DNA of 64,000 nucleotides from Octopus sinensis. Its lineage: Eukaryota. The stretch covers positions 5,332,001-5,396,000 of the forward strand of contig NC_043013.1 of the NCBI RefSeq assembly GCF_006345805.1, given 5' to 3'. Position numbers and translations under genes: made by a program. The notes under the pieces are model-generated. The model worked only from the letters and a program-made list of their open reading frames with translations, was not told where the DNA came from and searched no databases. Positions 11,670 through 24,519 of this stretch are shown piece by piece; the first letter of the stretch is position 1; the number at the start of each line of letters is the position of its first letter.

Positions 11670-12068
11670 CTCTTTTACTTGTTTCAGTCATTTGACTGTA
11701 GCCATGCTAGAGCACCGCCTTTTGTCGAACAAATCGACCCCAGGACTTATTCTTTGTAAGCCTAGTACTTATTGTATCGGTCTGTTTTGCCGAACGGATA
11801 GATTATGGGGACGTAGACGCACCAACACCGGTTGTCAAGCAGTGACACGGAGACAGACACAAAGACACACACATAAATATGTTTGTGTTTGTCTACCTAT
11901 CACCGCTTGACAACCTGTGTTGGTGTGTTTACGTTTACGTAACTTAGCGGTTCTGCAAAAGAGACCGATAGAATAAGCACCAGGCTTTAAAAAATAAGCC
12001 CTGGGGTCGATTTGTTCAACTAAAAGGTGGTGCTCCAGCATAGCCGCAGTCACATGACTGAAACAAGT
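11670..12068. mobile_element. Two partial family A 3' halves in opposite orientation
   Basis: 11670-11870 on minus and 11880-12068 on plus. Confidence 0.8.
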
Positions 12069-12329
12069 GTATGTGTGTATAGTTTTCATTTAACCCTGGG
12101 TCACTCTCAGGCCGACAGGTGGAATGATACATGGAGCAATCTGACGCTATTTGCAATGAATTACATAACAGAAATTGACTCTATTCTTAATTTGTATCCA
12201 TGTAGTGGTGTTGTTGTTTTAGCCTCAGCTCAGCTCATGTAGCAAACCCCCTAGGGTCAAAGATGGTTCAAGCATGACCATATCGCCTTTAGGACAGCTT
12301 TATACAATGACTTTTCTAAGTTTTCATTT

Positions 12330-12718
12330 ACTCTTTTACTTGTTTCAGTCAATTGAATGTAGCCATGCTGGAGCACCGCCTTTAGTTGAGCAAATCGACC
12401 CCGGGACTTATTCTTTGTAAGCCCAGTACTTATTCTATCGGTCTCTTTTGCCAAACCGCTAAGTGACAGGGACGTAAACACACCAGCATCGGTTGTCAAG
12501 CAATGCTAGAGGGACAAACATATACATACACATACATACATATATATACATATATACGACAGGCTTCTTTCAGTTTCCGTCTACCAAATCCACTCACAAG
12601 GCATTGGTCGGCCCGGGGCTATAGCAGAGACACTTGCCCAAGATGCCACACAGTGGGACTGAACCCAGAACCATGTGGTTGGCAGGCAAGCTACTTACCA
12701 CACAGCCACTCCTGCGCC
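12330..12718 (-). mobile_element. Family A SINE, full length
   Basis: Matches the reference copy. Confidence 0.9.
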
Positions 12719-13084
12719 TATTTTATTTATTTTTTTTTGTTTTTTCTTAATTGGTAGTTTGTGATTTTTAAGAAGACTTGGCTGTGAATCTTCAGAATTG
12801 CTATGTAGAAAGTGGAAAGAAATATAATTATTATCACTATTGAATACTTTTTAAATTTCCACGGACATTTTTCAGCAGATATTTGTTTTAGCGTGGATAT
12901 TTTTTACACTCCGCTCTATTCCTGTTTAACTTTTATTTTATCATAACCACCTCCAATGTTTTTTTTTAAATCTACTGATTTATATTTTTCAAACATCAGT
13001 GATGCAGAATTAGAAAGAAATATAATAATCACAATTTAAGTGGAATTCATTAAAATTTATTTTTCAAAGGCTCACAGTTAATTA

Positions 13085-13175
13085 ATGAACTTGCCAAAAC
13101 ATCTGAGAGATCTCCTTGGATTAGTGGTGGATATCTTGAACATCTTGGCCCTGCTGTCCATGATCCCAGATGGAT
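13085..13175 (+). mobile_element. CR1-like 3' remnant
   Basis: NLPKHLRDL...VD...LSMIPD. Confidence 0.5.
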
Positions 13176-14048
13176 CTATATCATCATCATCATCATCATC
13201 ATTTAACGTCCACTTTCCATGCTAGCATGGGTTGGACGATTCAACTGGGGTCTGGGAAGCCAGAGGCTGCACCAGGCCAGTCAGATCTGGCAGTGTTTCT
13301 ACAGCAATTCAAGAGGGCAGCAGTATCAAACTCCTTTCACCAAAGGCCAATTGTGTAAGAATGGCCATTGAAAAGGCAATTTACACTGGCAGTGCTCCAG
13401 CATGGCCACAGCATTTGGGCTGAAACATATAAAAGAATACACAGAGTAAGCTTAGAGGATTTGCAGCTTCAGTACCTTTATACATATATTCTTACACGCA
13501 CACACACACAAACACATTCATACATGTGTAATTTGAATCATATCCACATTATGCAAAGACTGCCTGACTGGCACCCGTGCCAGTGGCACGTAAAAAGCAC
13601 CATTCAAGTGTGGTCGATGCCAGTGCCGCCTGACTGGCTCTCGTGGCAGGGCACATAAAAAGTACCCACTACACTCACGGAGTGGTTGGCATTTGGAAGG
13701 GCATCCAGCTGTAGAAACTTCGCCAGATCAGCTTGGTGCTGCCTTCTGGCCTACCAGTCCTCAGTCAAACCGTTCAACCCATGCCAGCATGGAAAGCAGA
13801 CATTAAATGACAATGATGATGATGATGATTCATGGGTGTGTCCACTTTGTCAGATGTTCAATGATAGTGATTGTGTCCTTGAATATCTGACAAGGTGGAC
13901 GTGTCCTACAATCCCCTGAAACCTTTAAGTAATGTGGAGCTGAGTCAGATTGTTATTAAATGCAAGTAACTCCAACTAAATGTATTGAGTGCTACTTTCA
14001 TTTGTTCACTCACTCATATATCTGTGTGTGTTTGTATGGGAATGTATG

Positions 14049-14118
<70 letters not shown>

Positions 14119-14499
14119 GTGTGTGTATGCATCATCATTCATCATCTATTTAACCCATTCATGCCAAAATTTTTCTCGTGAATGAAATTGCCTGAAAAAT
14201 CACAGAGACTATTATTTTGACCTAAATCATTCATCATTATCCTTTAACGTACGCTTTCCATGCTGGCATGGGTTGGACGATTTGATTGGGGACTGGTGAA
14301 CCAGATGGTTGCACCAGGCTCCAATCTGATCTGGCAGAGTTTCTACAGCTGGATGCCCTTCCTAACGCCAACCACTCCGAGAGTGCAGTGGGTGCTTTTA
14401 TGTGCCACCGGCATGAGGGCCAGTCTGGCGATACTGGAAATGGCCACGCTCGAAATGGTGTTTTTTACCTGCCACCTGCGCAGGAGTTATATATATATA

Positions 14500-14875
14500 G
14501 GTGCAGGCATGGCTGTGTGGTAAGTAGCTTGCTTATCAACCACATGGTTCCTGGTTCAGTCCCACTGTGTGGCACCTTGGGCAAGTGTCTTCTACTATAG
14601 CCTCAGGCCGACCAAAGCCTTGTGAGTGGATTTGGTAGATGGAAACTGAAAGAAGCCTATCATGTATGTGTGTGTGTGTGCATCTGTGTTTGTCCCCCCA
14701 TCATTGCTTGACAACTGATGTTGGTGTGTTTACGTCCCCGTAACTTAGCAGTTCGGTAAAAGAGACCAATAGGATAAGTACTAGGCTGGCAAAGAATAAG
14801 TCCTGGAGTTAGTTTGTTTGACCAAAGGCGGTGCTCCAGCATGACCACAGTGTGACTGAAACAAATAAAAGAATA
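14500..14875 (+). mobile_element. Family A SINE, full length
   Basis: Matches the reference copy. Confidence 0.88.
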
Positions 14876-14959
14876 CACACATACATACACCTTTTATTTC
14901 TTACTAGTTTCATTCAACAAGAGGCTGAGGCCATGCTGGAGCACTGCCTTTCAGTGAGT

Positions 14960-15338
14960 TTGCGTCTCTGTAATGTTCCTGGTGAAGTAGTGAGTTGGAT
15001 GGAACTGCTCTTCTTCATACCTCCTGTCATGATGTGGCTTCATCTGATATCTCAAGTACAAAATTTGCCCAGAAGCTCTTTGAAGACCTCCATCTCCTCC
15101 TCACAAATCTCTGATTTTGCTCGGCAGGATGTTGAATAATTGTAGATGTGTGGTACTGAAAAACTCATCAGGCTTGCTCATTTGCATATTTCCAAGTGGA
15201 ATGGTGAAGACACTTTGGAATTGTTTATTTAGCACTTCACTTATCCTCTACGATTACAGAGCTGCCTTTTTTCAAACAGTGTCTCTATTCTGTCGTGCAC
15301 TTAGCAGATCTTTTCACAAACTTGTAGAAGGCTTTAGG
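14960..15338 (-). mobile_element. Internally deleted CR1-like fragment
   Basis: PKAFYKFV, VLNKQFQSVFT, then QLFNILPSKIRDL...VFKELL. Confidence 0.7.
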
Positions 15339-15359
15339 ATTCATTTTTTTTATTCGTAT

Positions 15360-15676
15360 GCAGGAGTGGCTGTGTGGTAAGTAGCTTGTTTACCAACCAC
15401 TTGGTTCCGGGTTCAGTCCCACTGCGTGCCAACTTGGGCAAGTGTCTTCTACTATAGCCTCCGGCCGACCAAAGCCTTGTGAGTGGATTTGGTAGATGGA
15501 AACTGAAAGACGCCCGTCGTATATATGTATATATACATATATATATGGCCTGCTCGCTTAGCCAGCAGGGTGGCGTCATTTGAAGGCTAAAACAATGCGA
15601 AGCACATTGTGACCAGCGATGTGTAACAACATCTGATGGCCTGGTCGGTCACGGTGATCACGGTGACATATATATG

Positions 15677-15726
<50 letters not shown>

Positions 15727-15930
15727 TGTGTGTGTCTGTGTTTGTCCCCCTAGCATTGCTTGACAACCAATGCTGGTGTGTTTATGTCCCCGTTACTTAG
15801 CTGTTCAGCAAAAGAGACTGATAGAATAAGTACTGGGTTTACAAAGAATAAGTCCCGGGGTCGAGTTGCTCGATTAAAGGCGGTGCTCCAGCATGGCCGC
15901 AGTCAAATGATTGAAACAAGTAAAAGAGTA
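15360..15930 (+). mobile_element. Family A SINE interrupted by a family F tail (15546-15670)
   Basis: Head 15360-15530 and 3' half 15725-15930. The insert matches the reverse complement of 46728-46835. Confidence 0.8.
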
Positions 15931-16101
15931 AAGGGTAATTTATGTGTGTACATAAAATGACCTAATCCTGGGTCAAAACACCATTTTTAGCTGTTTGTGT
16001 GTGTCAAAATGTTAATTTTTTAAACAATAATACACTGTTATTTGAGTGTCACTTGACATGTATACATTTTACTTTAGCTTTAAGCATTATAACCTGATAA
16101 G

Positions 16102-16570
16102 GTGGAGAGCTGGCAGAAACGTTAGCACACCGGACGAAATGCATTGCAGTATTTTGTCTGTCTTTACATTCTGAGTTCAAATTCTGCCGAGATCAACTTT
16201 GCCTTTCAGGCTTTCAGGGTCGATTAAATAAGTACCAGTTACACACTGGGGTTGATGTAATCTATTTCTTTACTACCCACAAGGGGCTAAACACAGAGAG
16301 GACAAACAAGGACAGACAAACGGATTAAGTCAATTATATCGACCCCAGTGCGTAACTGGTACTTAATTTATCGACCTCGAAAGGATGAAAGGCAAAGTCA
16401 ACCTCAGTGGAATTTGAACTCAGAACGTAGCGGCAGACGAAACACCGCTAAGCATTTCGCCTGGTGTGCTAACGTTTCTGCCAGCTCGCCATTGATGTAA
16501 TCGACTTAATCCCTTTGTCTGTCCTTGTTTGTCCCCTCTATGTTTAGCCCCCTGTGGGCAATAAAAAATG
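16102..16570. mobile_element. Family B SINE (+) with a second family B copy (-, 16263-16491) inserted in it
   Basis: Core gtcgactttgcctttcatcctttcggggtcgataaattaagtaccag; 11-bp TSD ttgatgtaatc. Confidence 0.85.
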
Positions 16571-16724
16571 ATTATATAACATGATATTACTGGGAGATTT
16601 TTCTTTTTCATCAGCCTGTTGAGTGCTTTTGAGTAAATACTTGGTGATAAATTTTTTGTAACATGATATTGTTAGAAAATTCGTTTTCCCTAGGTCCATT
16701 GTATGTCGCCCCTAGAAACCCACA

Positions 16725-17125
16725 TCATCATCATTTAGCGTCTGCTTTCCATGCTGGCATGGTTTAAGCTAGAGGGCCACACCAAGTTCCAGTCTAATTT
16801 GGTATGGTTTCTACAGCTGGATGCCCTTCCTAATATCAACTACTCTGAGAGTGTAATGGGTGCTTTTTACGTGCCACCAGCATGGGTGCCATTTACCTGA
16901 CACTTGCAATGGCCACGACTATGATTTCACTAATTGTGACAATTCTTCTCAAGCACAGCATATCGCCAACTGTCTTGGCCACTTGTCGTCGCCTCCGTGA
17001 GGCCCATTAAAAAATCATGCTTCACCACCTCATCCCATGTCTTCCTGGGTCTACCTCTTCCACAAGTTCCCTCTACAGTTAGAGATTGTCCTCATCCATA
17101 TGCATCACATGACCACATATCTTCC
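16725..17125 (-). mobile_element. RTE (BovB-like) 3' fragment
   Basis: Reverse complement contains ggaagaggtagacccaggaagacatgggatgaggtggtgaag and the same UTR. Confidence 0.8.
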
Positions 17126-17158
17126 TTATTTTAAAATTTGTAATTCCTTCTGCCACCA

Positions 17159-17548
17159 CTCTTTTACTTGTTTCAGTCATTTGACTGCGGCCATGCTGGA
17201 GCACCGCCTTTTAGTCGAGCAAATCAACCCCTGGACTTATTTTTGTAAGTCTACTACTTATTCTATTGGGCTCTTTTGCCGAACCACTAAGTTACGGGGA
17301 TGTAAACACACCAGCATCGGTTGTCAAGCAATGTTGGGGGGACAAACACAGAAACACAAACATATACACACACATACATATATATGATGGGCTTCTTTCA
17401 GTTTCTGTCTACCAAATCCACTCACAAGGCTTTGGTCTACCCGAGGCTATAGTAGAAGACACTTGCCCAAGGTGCCACGCAGTGGGACTGAACCCGGAAC
17501 CATGTGGTTGGTAAACAAGCTACTTACCACACAGCCACTCCTATGCCT
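17159..17548 (-). mobile_element. Family A SINE, full length
   Basis: Matches the reference copy. Confidence 0.88.
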
Positions 17549-17702
17549 ATAGAAAAAAATTGTTTTAAAGTGAAAAACAAAGTTGAAGAGCAAGTGTCTT
17601 GAGCCAAACAAAGCCTTCTCAGTAGATGTAGTAAATGGAAACTGAAAGAATCCCATCATATATGTGTGTGCATATGTGTATACATATATATGTATGTGTG
17701 TG

Positions 17703-17733
<31 letters not shown>

Positions 17734-17764
17734 GTGTGTAATATATGAGTATATATATGTGTCT

Positions 17765-18705
<941 letters not shown>

Positions 18706-19034
18706 TATTTTAACAACTTTCTCTTTCTCACTAAACTATTAAATCAAGTTCAAAGAAAACAGATTCTTTCAATTTTTCCCAAATTCCATATTTAATGGAA
18801 GGAATTAGTGAAGTGGCAGAATTTTTCTTTTTGTCTCTTATTCAGGAGGGAAGGTAGTGCACCTGGTGCCAAAGAGGGCCTCCAAAACTTGTGAGAAAGA
18901 GGGAAGAAGGTATCCTCAACCTAGGGGCCTGGACCAAATGCTTACAACAGGACAGATTCCTCTAAAAGTAACCAAGAACCAAGTGGTGGTATTAAACTGG
19001 CTTTAATTGTTAAAATGGTTGCTTTGATGCTGCT

Positions 19035-19905
19035 GTATTAACAATTGAAGCCATTTTAATATCACCACGTAGCAAGAAGGAAAGAAACTAGGCTGCCATG
19101 TCAAATTTTATATGGTGAACTTTCCACTGGAAGAAGACTCCGTGGCCATTCCCTCTGTCAGTTAAGTTAAGTTAATTTTTTGGTTCAAAAAGCAAAAAGC
19201 AAGGCCATGTAGGGGGACATGGAGTTATGTACAGGGTGGTGTTCATGCAAAGAGTTCAGGCCATTTCTGGTCAAGAGAGACTTTGAACCGAGCGGTCGTC
19301 GGCATCTTCACTATCTCATCCGGCAGCTTATTCCACCGATCCGCAACCCGGACGGAGAAAGCCCCTCTCCTTCGATTGAGATGAAATCATCACAGATAGA
19401 GCTTTTCAGAGTGACCCCGCAGCCGACGCTCTGGAGCAGGAGTGAAGAACAGCTCTTTCGAGAGGTTACACTTTCCGCTTATGATGTTGTGAGCAAGAAT
19501 GAGATCACCATGGCGTCGTCGTTTTTCTAGAGAATAACGGTCGAGCGTCTTCAGCCTTTCAGCTGAAGCAAAGCCTAAAACTCACTGGAATCGATCCCAT
19601 AGCCTGGGACATTGAAGCTCAAGACAGACCCCTACTGACATCATACCATCTCCACTGTGACAAATCATTTTGAAGCTGAATGTCAGAGGAGAGAGGAAGA
19701 GAAATGACAAGACAGAAAATGGAGGCTGCAACAGCCAAAGCCTCCACCACGGAGCCATTGGGAACTTTGCAACGGACACTTCCATGCAAGAATCAGCCTC
19801 ATTAGTCATCAGAGGTATAAACCCGGACAGAGGGGAAGAAGTGGTCAAAAAGAAACCAAATAAATTATTGGACATACAATAAAATGCTGTCACCACCGCC
19901 AAGTT
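19035..19905 (+). mobile_element. Degenerate RTE-clade LINE 3' end, interrupted by a CR1
   Basis: HVARRKETRLPCQILYGELSTGRRLRGH | QLKQSLKLTGIDPIAWDIEAQDR...FEAE...LCNGHFHARISLISHQR. Confidence 0.8.
19162..19560 (-). mobile_element. CR1 LINE 3' fragment
   Basis: ERLKTLDRYSLEKRRRHGDLILAHNII...LRGHSEKL...AFSVRVADRWNKLPDEIV...FKVSLD; (TAACT)n tail. Confidence 0.88.
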
Positions 19906-20177
19906 GTTAATATGTTGGACAAAGTCGCAAGCGGGGAAAAAAAAAACCCATTAGCATGCTACACAAAATGCTTAGCTGCATTTCGTCTGTCTTTAACTCA
20001 GGAATGTACACCAAGGAGCAGAATAAATGAGCCAGTGGGGGCACCTCTAGGTGGTGCATAACCTGCTAGAAATAGCAGCCAAATTCCCCTCTCAAATCAC
20101 ACCCTACCATTTTTAGTTCTTTAGCAGTTAAATTGGCCACTTCTGGCCAAGATATTCTTCCTGTTTCATTTTCAAAT

Positions 20178-20332
20178 GAAGATGCATGGCTCAGTAGTTT
20201 GAGCAGTGTTTCTCAACCTTCTTACCCTTGCGTAACCCTTAAAATGAATTTCATGTGTCAAGGAACCCCTACACAAAAAATTATACACCATATTTTTCTC
20301 ATATTTTTTCATCGTAGTTCATGTGGTAAATG

Positions 20333-20371
<39 letters not shown>

Positions 20372-21050
20372 TCATCATCGTTTAACATCCGTTCTCCATG
20401 CTAGCATGGGTTGGACGGTTCAACTGGGATCTGGGAAGCCAGAAGGCTGCACTAGGCTCCGGTCTTATCTGGCAAAGTTTCTACAGCTGGATGCCCTTCC
20501 TAACGCCAACCACTCCGAGAGTGTAGTGGGTGCTTTTTACGTGCCACCTGCACTGGTGCCAGGCGAGGCTGGCATCGGCCACGGTCGGATTGGTGCATTT
20601 TACGTGCCACCTGCACGGAAGCCAGTCGAGGCGGCACTGGCTTCGGCCACGATTCGGATGGTGCTTTTTATGTGCCACCAACACGGTAATTATAATCCTG
20701 AAATTAATATTATCTCACTCTTTCTTGCGGAACCCCTAGGAACCTTTTGTGGAACCCCAGTTGAGAAACACTGGGTTAGAGTGTCAGGCTTACAATCATG
20801 AGGTTGTGAGTTCGATTCCTGGGCCTGGCTATTTGTTGTTCTTGAGCAAAACACTTTATGCTTTATCTCATGTCACTGGTGCCAAGCTTGTTTCAGCCTT
20901 TGCTTTTCCCTTGGTCAACATTGGTGGCACAGGGAGAGGAGTCTGGTATGCATGGGTGATTGCTGGTTTTCCACAAACCACCTTGCAAGGGAACTTTCTA
21001 GGTGCAATCCCATGGTCGTTTGCGATTGAAGGGGGTTTTTATTTTTTTTC
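20178..21050 (+). mobile_element. CORE-type SINE whose A box is split by a hAT MITE
   Basis: gcatggctcagtagtttgag | MITE | ggttagagtgtcaggcttacaatc...gagttcgattcc...ttcttgagcaaaacacttt. Confidence 0.65.
20204..20773. mobile_element. hAT (Charlie-like) MITE
   Basis: Perfect 14-bp TIR cagtgtttctcaac/gttgagaaacactg; 8-bp flanks agtttgag/ggttagag match at 6 of 8. Confidence 0.8.
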
Positions 21051-21478
21051 TGTGTTCAAACAGGCCAGATCTGGCCTCTCACACCTACCCTACAATGTCA
21101 TTCTATAAATAAACAATCACATCATTGAAATCTCAAAGGTACAAAATTATACATGATTAATTAAAAAACAATGTGACTAATTAAGTATTACATTTGACTA
21201 AACAATCTGAATGCTGAGGGGTTTAGGAGAAAAATACAAGGTGTATAAGAGAGAGAGTACAAAGGATGGGAGAGAATAAGAGAGAATACAACAGAGATGG
21301 GGGACAAAGAATAATGCAGTGAATGGAGAAAGGGGTGGGGTGGATTTCTAATGTTTTTAAAATTATATTTTTGTCTTTTATTGCAGGTTGCCTCACCATT
21401 GTACCTTTCAGTGAACTCTACAGTTTTACTGGTTTACTGACACACAGACAGACAGTTTGACAGATTCAGCTTATCAAA

Positions 21479-21736
21479 ATGATGAGAGAAATCGTAAAGA
21501 ACCTTGCTGTAATGATGTCCACGATGGTGGCTGTCCCTTACACAATAGCTATATTGTGTAATCTGCTGTATGGCTGGCCTCTATCACGACAACGCTTAAA
21601 AGATTCTCTTAGTCTGAAAAAGGTTTTCGCCTTGAATTACGCAGTTTGGCAGCAGATGAAGCTCTTCAAATATTTCACTCTCTACATTCGGCTGAAATTC
21701 TTTTATAAATATTCTCACTCTTCTTGGGTAATAAAG
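21479..21736 (+). CDS. Hydrolase coding exon 1 (exon starts at 21387 after ttttattgcag; hydrophobic N-terminal segment)
   Basis: ATG at 21479, donor AAG|GTAAGT at 21737, 86 codons, upstream acceptor at 21386. Confidence 0.8.
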
Positions 21737-23676
21737 GTAAGTGGCTCCATCATTAATTACTACGAAAATACAAATCATCATTAAAAACCATAAAACAAAG
21801 AAATCTTTTTGTTGTTTCAAGGAGCCCTTTAAGGATCAGAACTTAGTTCTGGCTTTAAGGCATGAATTGGGTGAGAGTTATGACTTGGGGTAGCTAGAAT
21901 ATTAAATTGATGCTGGGGTATTTTTGGAAGATTTGGTGCTTATTCCCAGCATCTAAGTTGTCTGAGATATATATGAAGTGTACTGGGTAAATACATATTA
22001 CAGACATGTATAAAATATATATACAAGTACACATACATACACAGCATATACATACTTATACACAAACTCACATACATTATATATATATAAATATATATAC
22101 ACATGAGCAAAACGCGCCCCCTCGTCCAATGGATGGTGCTGAGTTGTCAAACATTTAAACCAAATTTTCTCAAAACAACTTGTCCGACAGTCCCATAGGC
22201 CTCTCCTTTGAGAAACACTGATTTAACATAAATTTGAGACACCAGCAAAAGAAGAAATAAAGATAGATTTTTTTTCTATTCCAAGAAAGACAATTTTACA
22301 AATGCACGTTCCCACGACTTTATGGATTGCATTCTCACCTGGAATCGATTTTTGTAAAATTTTTCAAGACTTATACATGCCCTGATACCATTGGTATCTA
22401 CATATCAAATTTGAGCGCAATCGGATGGAGGATGCCTGAGATCCTAGAAGACACACACACAGAGAAAATGGATTTTATATAATAGATATATATATATATA
22501 TAGTTTAGGACAATCAGTAAGTTGTCATAATAGTACTCAGAGTTTCAAATGCTGGAGCTAAGAGCTATGATGCATTCTCGTCGGCTATTAATGGTAATAG
22601 ATGCTTTGAAGAAAAAAAAACATTGAATAAAAGGGAAGTTACTCTAATAGGTAGAAAAAATATAAAACAAAAAATATATGCAACCATATTCTCACAGTAC
22701 ATAGACATAAAACCTCCTGCGTTCATAACGTCTACACACATACACACTCACACAAACATTATGAACACTGGAGGTCTTTTGTCTATGTATTGTGAGAATA
22801 TGGTTGCATGTATTTCTTATCTTTGCTGAATGTGCAATGTCAGTGTGCATGTATGACAGTGTGCAAGTGGCTTGAGAGAAAAGCTGGACATAAGAGGCAT
22901 CAGATGTGGTGTGCAAGAGACGACTGCAGTGGTACAGTCATGTGATGCATATGGACAAAAACAGCTGTGTGAAGAAGTGCCAAACTCTAATGGTGAAGGG
23001 AATCTGTGGAAGAGGTAGACCCAGGAAGACATGGGACGAGGTGGTGAAGCCTGATCTTTGAATGTTTGGCCTCACAGAGGCAATGACAAGTGACCGAGAC
23101 CCTTAGTAAGATACTGTGCTTGAGCAGACCCATCAAACCAACTGAGATCGTAGTCGTGGCCAATCCTACTGTCATGTGACTGGCACATAAAAATCACCCC
23201 TCGAACATTGGGCAATATGCTGTACTTAAGAAGACCTGTCAAGCCAAGTGAAATCATAACTGTGGCTGATGCCAATGCTGGTTGGCAGACACATATGCCA
23301 GTGACATGTAAAAAGCACCATTCGAGCATGTGGATGATGCTGTCAATGGCACCTGTGCTGGTGGCACATAAGAGCCCCCACTACACTCTTGGAACGGTTG
23401 GTGTTAGGAAGGGCACCCAGCCATAGAAACCATGCCAAACCAGATTGGAGCTTAGCGTAGCTCACCAGTTTTCAGTCAAACTGTCCAACCCATGCCAACA
23501 GATGTTAGATGATGATGATGACGATATGCATACACACACGTGTATGTGTGTTATATCATCATCATCATCATCAGGACGGTTGACAACTGCTGGCCAGGTA
23601 GAAGACTACTCCAGGCTACTGTGTCTGGTTTGGCAGGGTTTTTACAGCTGGATGCCCTTCTTAATACTAATATATA

Positions 23677-23711
<35 letters not shown>

Positions 23712-24032
23712 AGAATGCAAATGGAGTTTAAAATTCATTGATAAGTTCACTATCCTGAGATAAAATAGGCAAGGTGTCATCTGTTGATGCACCTAGATTC
23801 TAATGAATCCTGTTACTAATCTATATACATTATATATATATATGACAAGATATGAATAATGGTCATTACATAATTCGTCTTTTTTAGAGTAAATTTGGCT
23901 TACAGCTGTTTCCAGTGGTCATTGTAGGTGCGTTACTGATAGGTTTACTCAATTGATAAAAAGATAAACAACCTAAAACAATTAATGCTCCTTTCGTCAG
24001 AGCTATTTCTAGTTATAACAAAGAAGAGCCAC

Positions 24033-24117
<85 letters not shown>

Positions 24118-24130
24118 AGATATATATTCA

Positions 24131-24182
<52 letters not shown>

Positions 24183-24197
24183 CATACATACATATAT

Positions 24198-24249
<52 letters not shown>

Positions 24250-24281
24250 GTGTGTGTGTGTGTGTGTAGATATATATATAC

Positions 24282-24351
<70 letters not shown>

Positions 24352-24457
24352 AGATATATATTCATCTATATATATATATATTACATATATATACATACAT
24401 ACATACATACATATATATACATATATATGTGTGTGTGTGTGTGTAGATATATATTCA

Positions 24458-24519
<62 letters not shown>

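Noticed and set aside
19219-19530. CpG-rich plus-strand ORF or possible CpG-island promoter
   Set aside because: It is the antisense of a CR1 3' end.
20133-20801. 222-aa ORF
   Set aside because: It is a chimera of MITE, (AT)n and RTE-UTR sequence.
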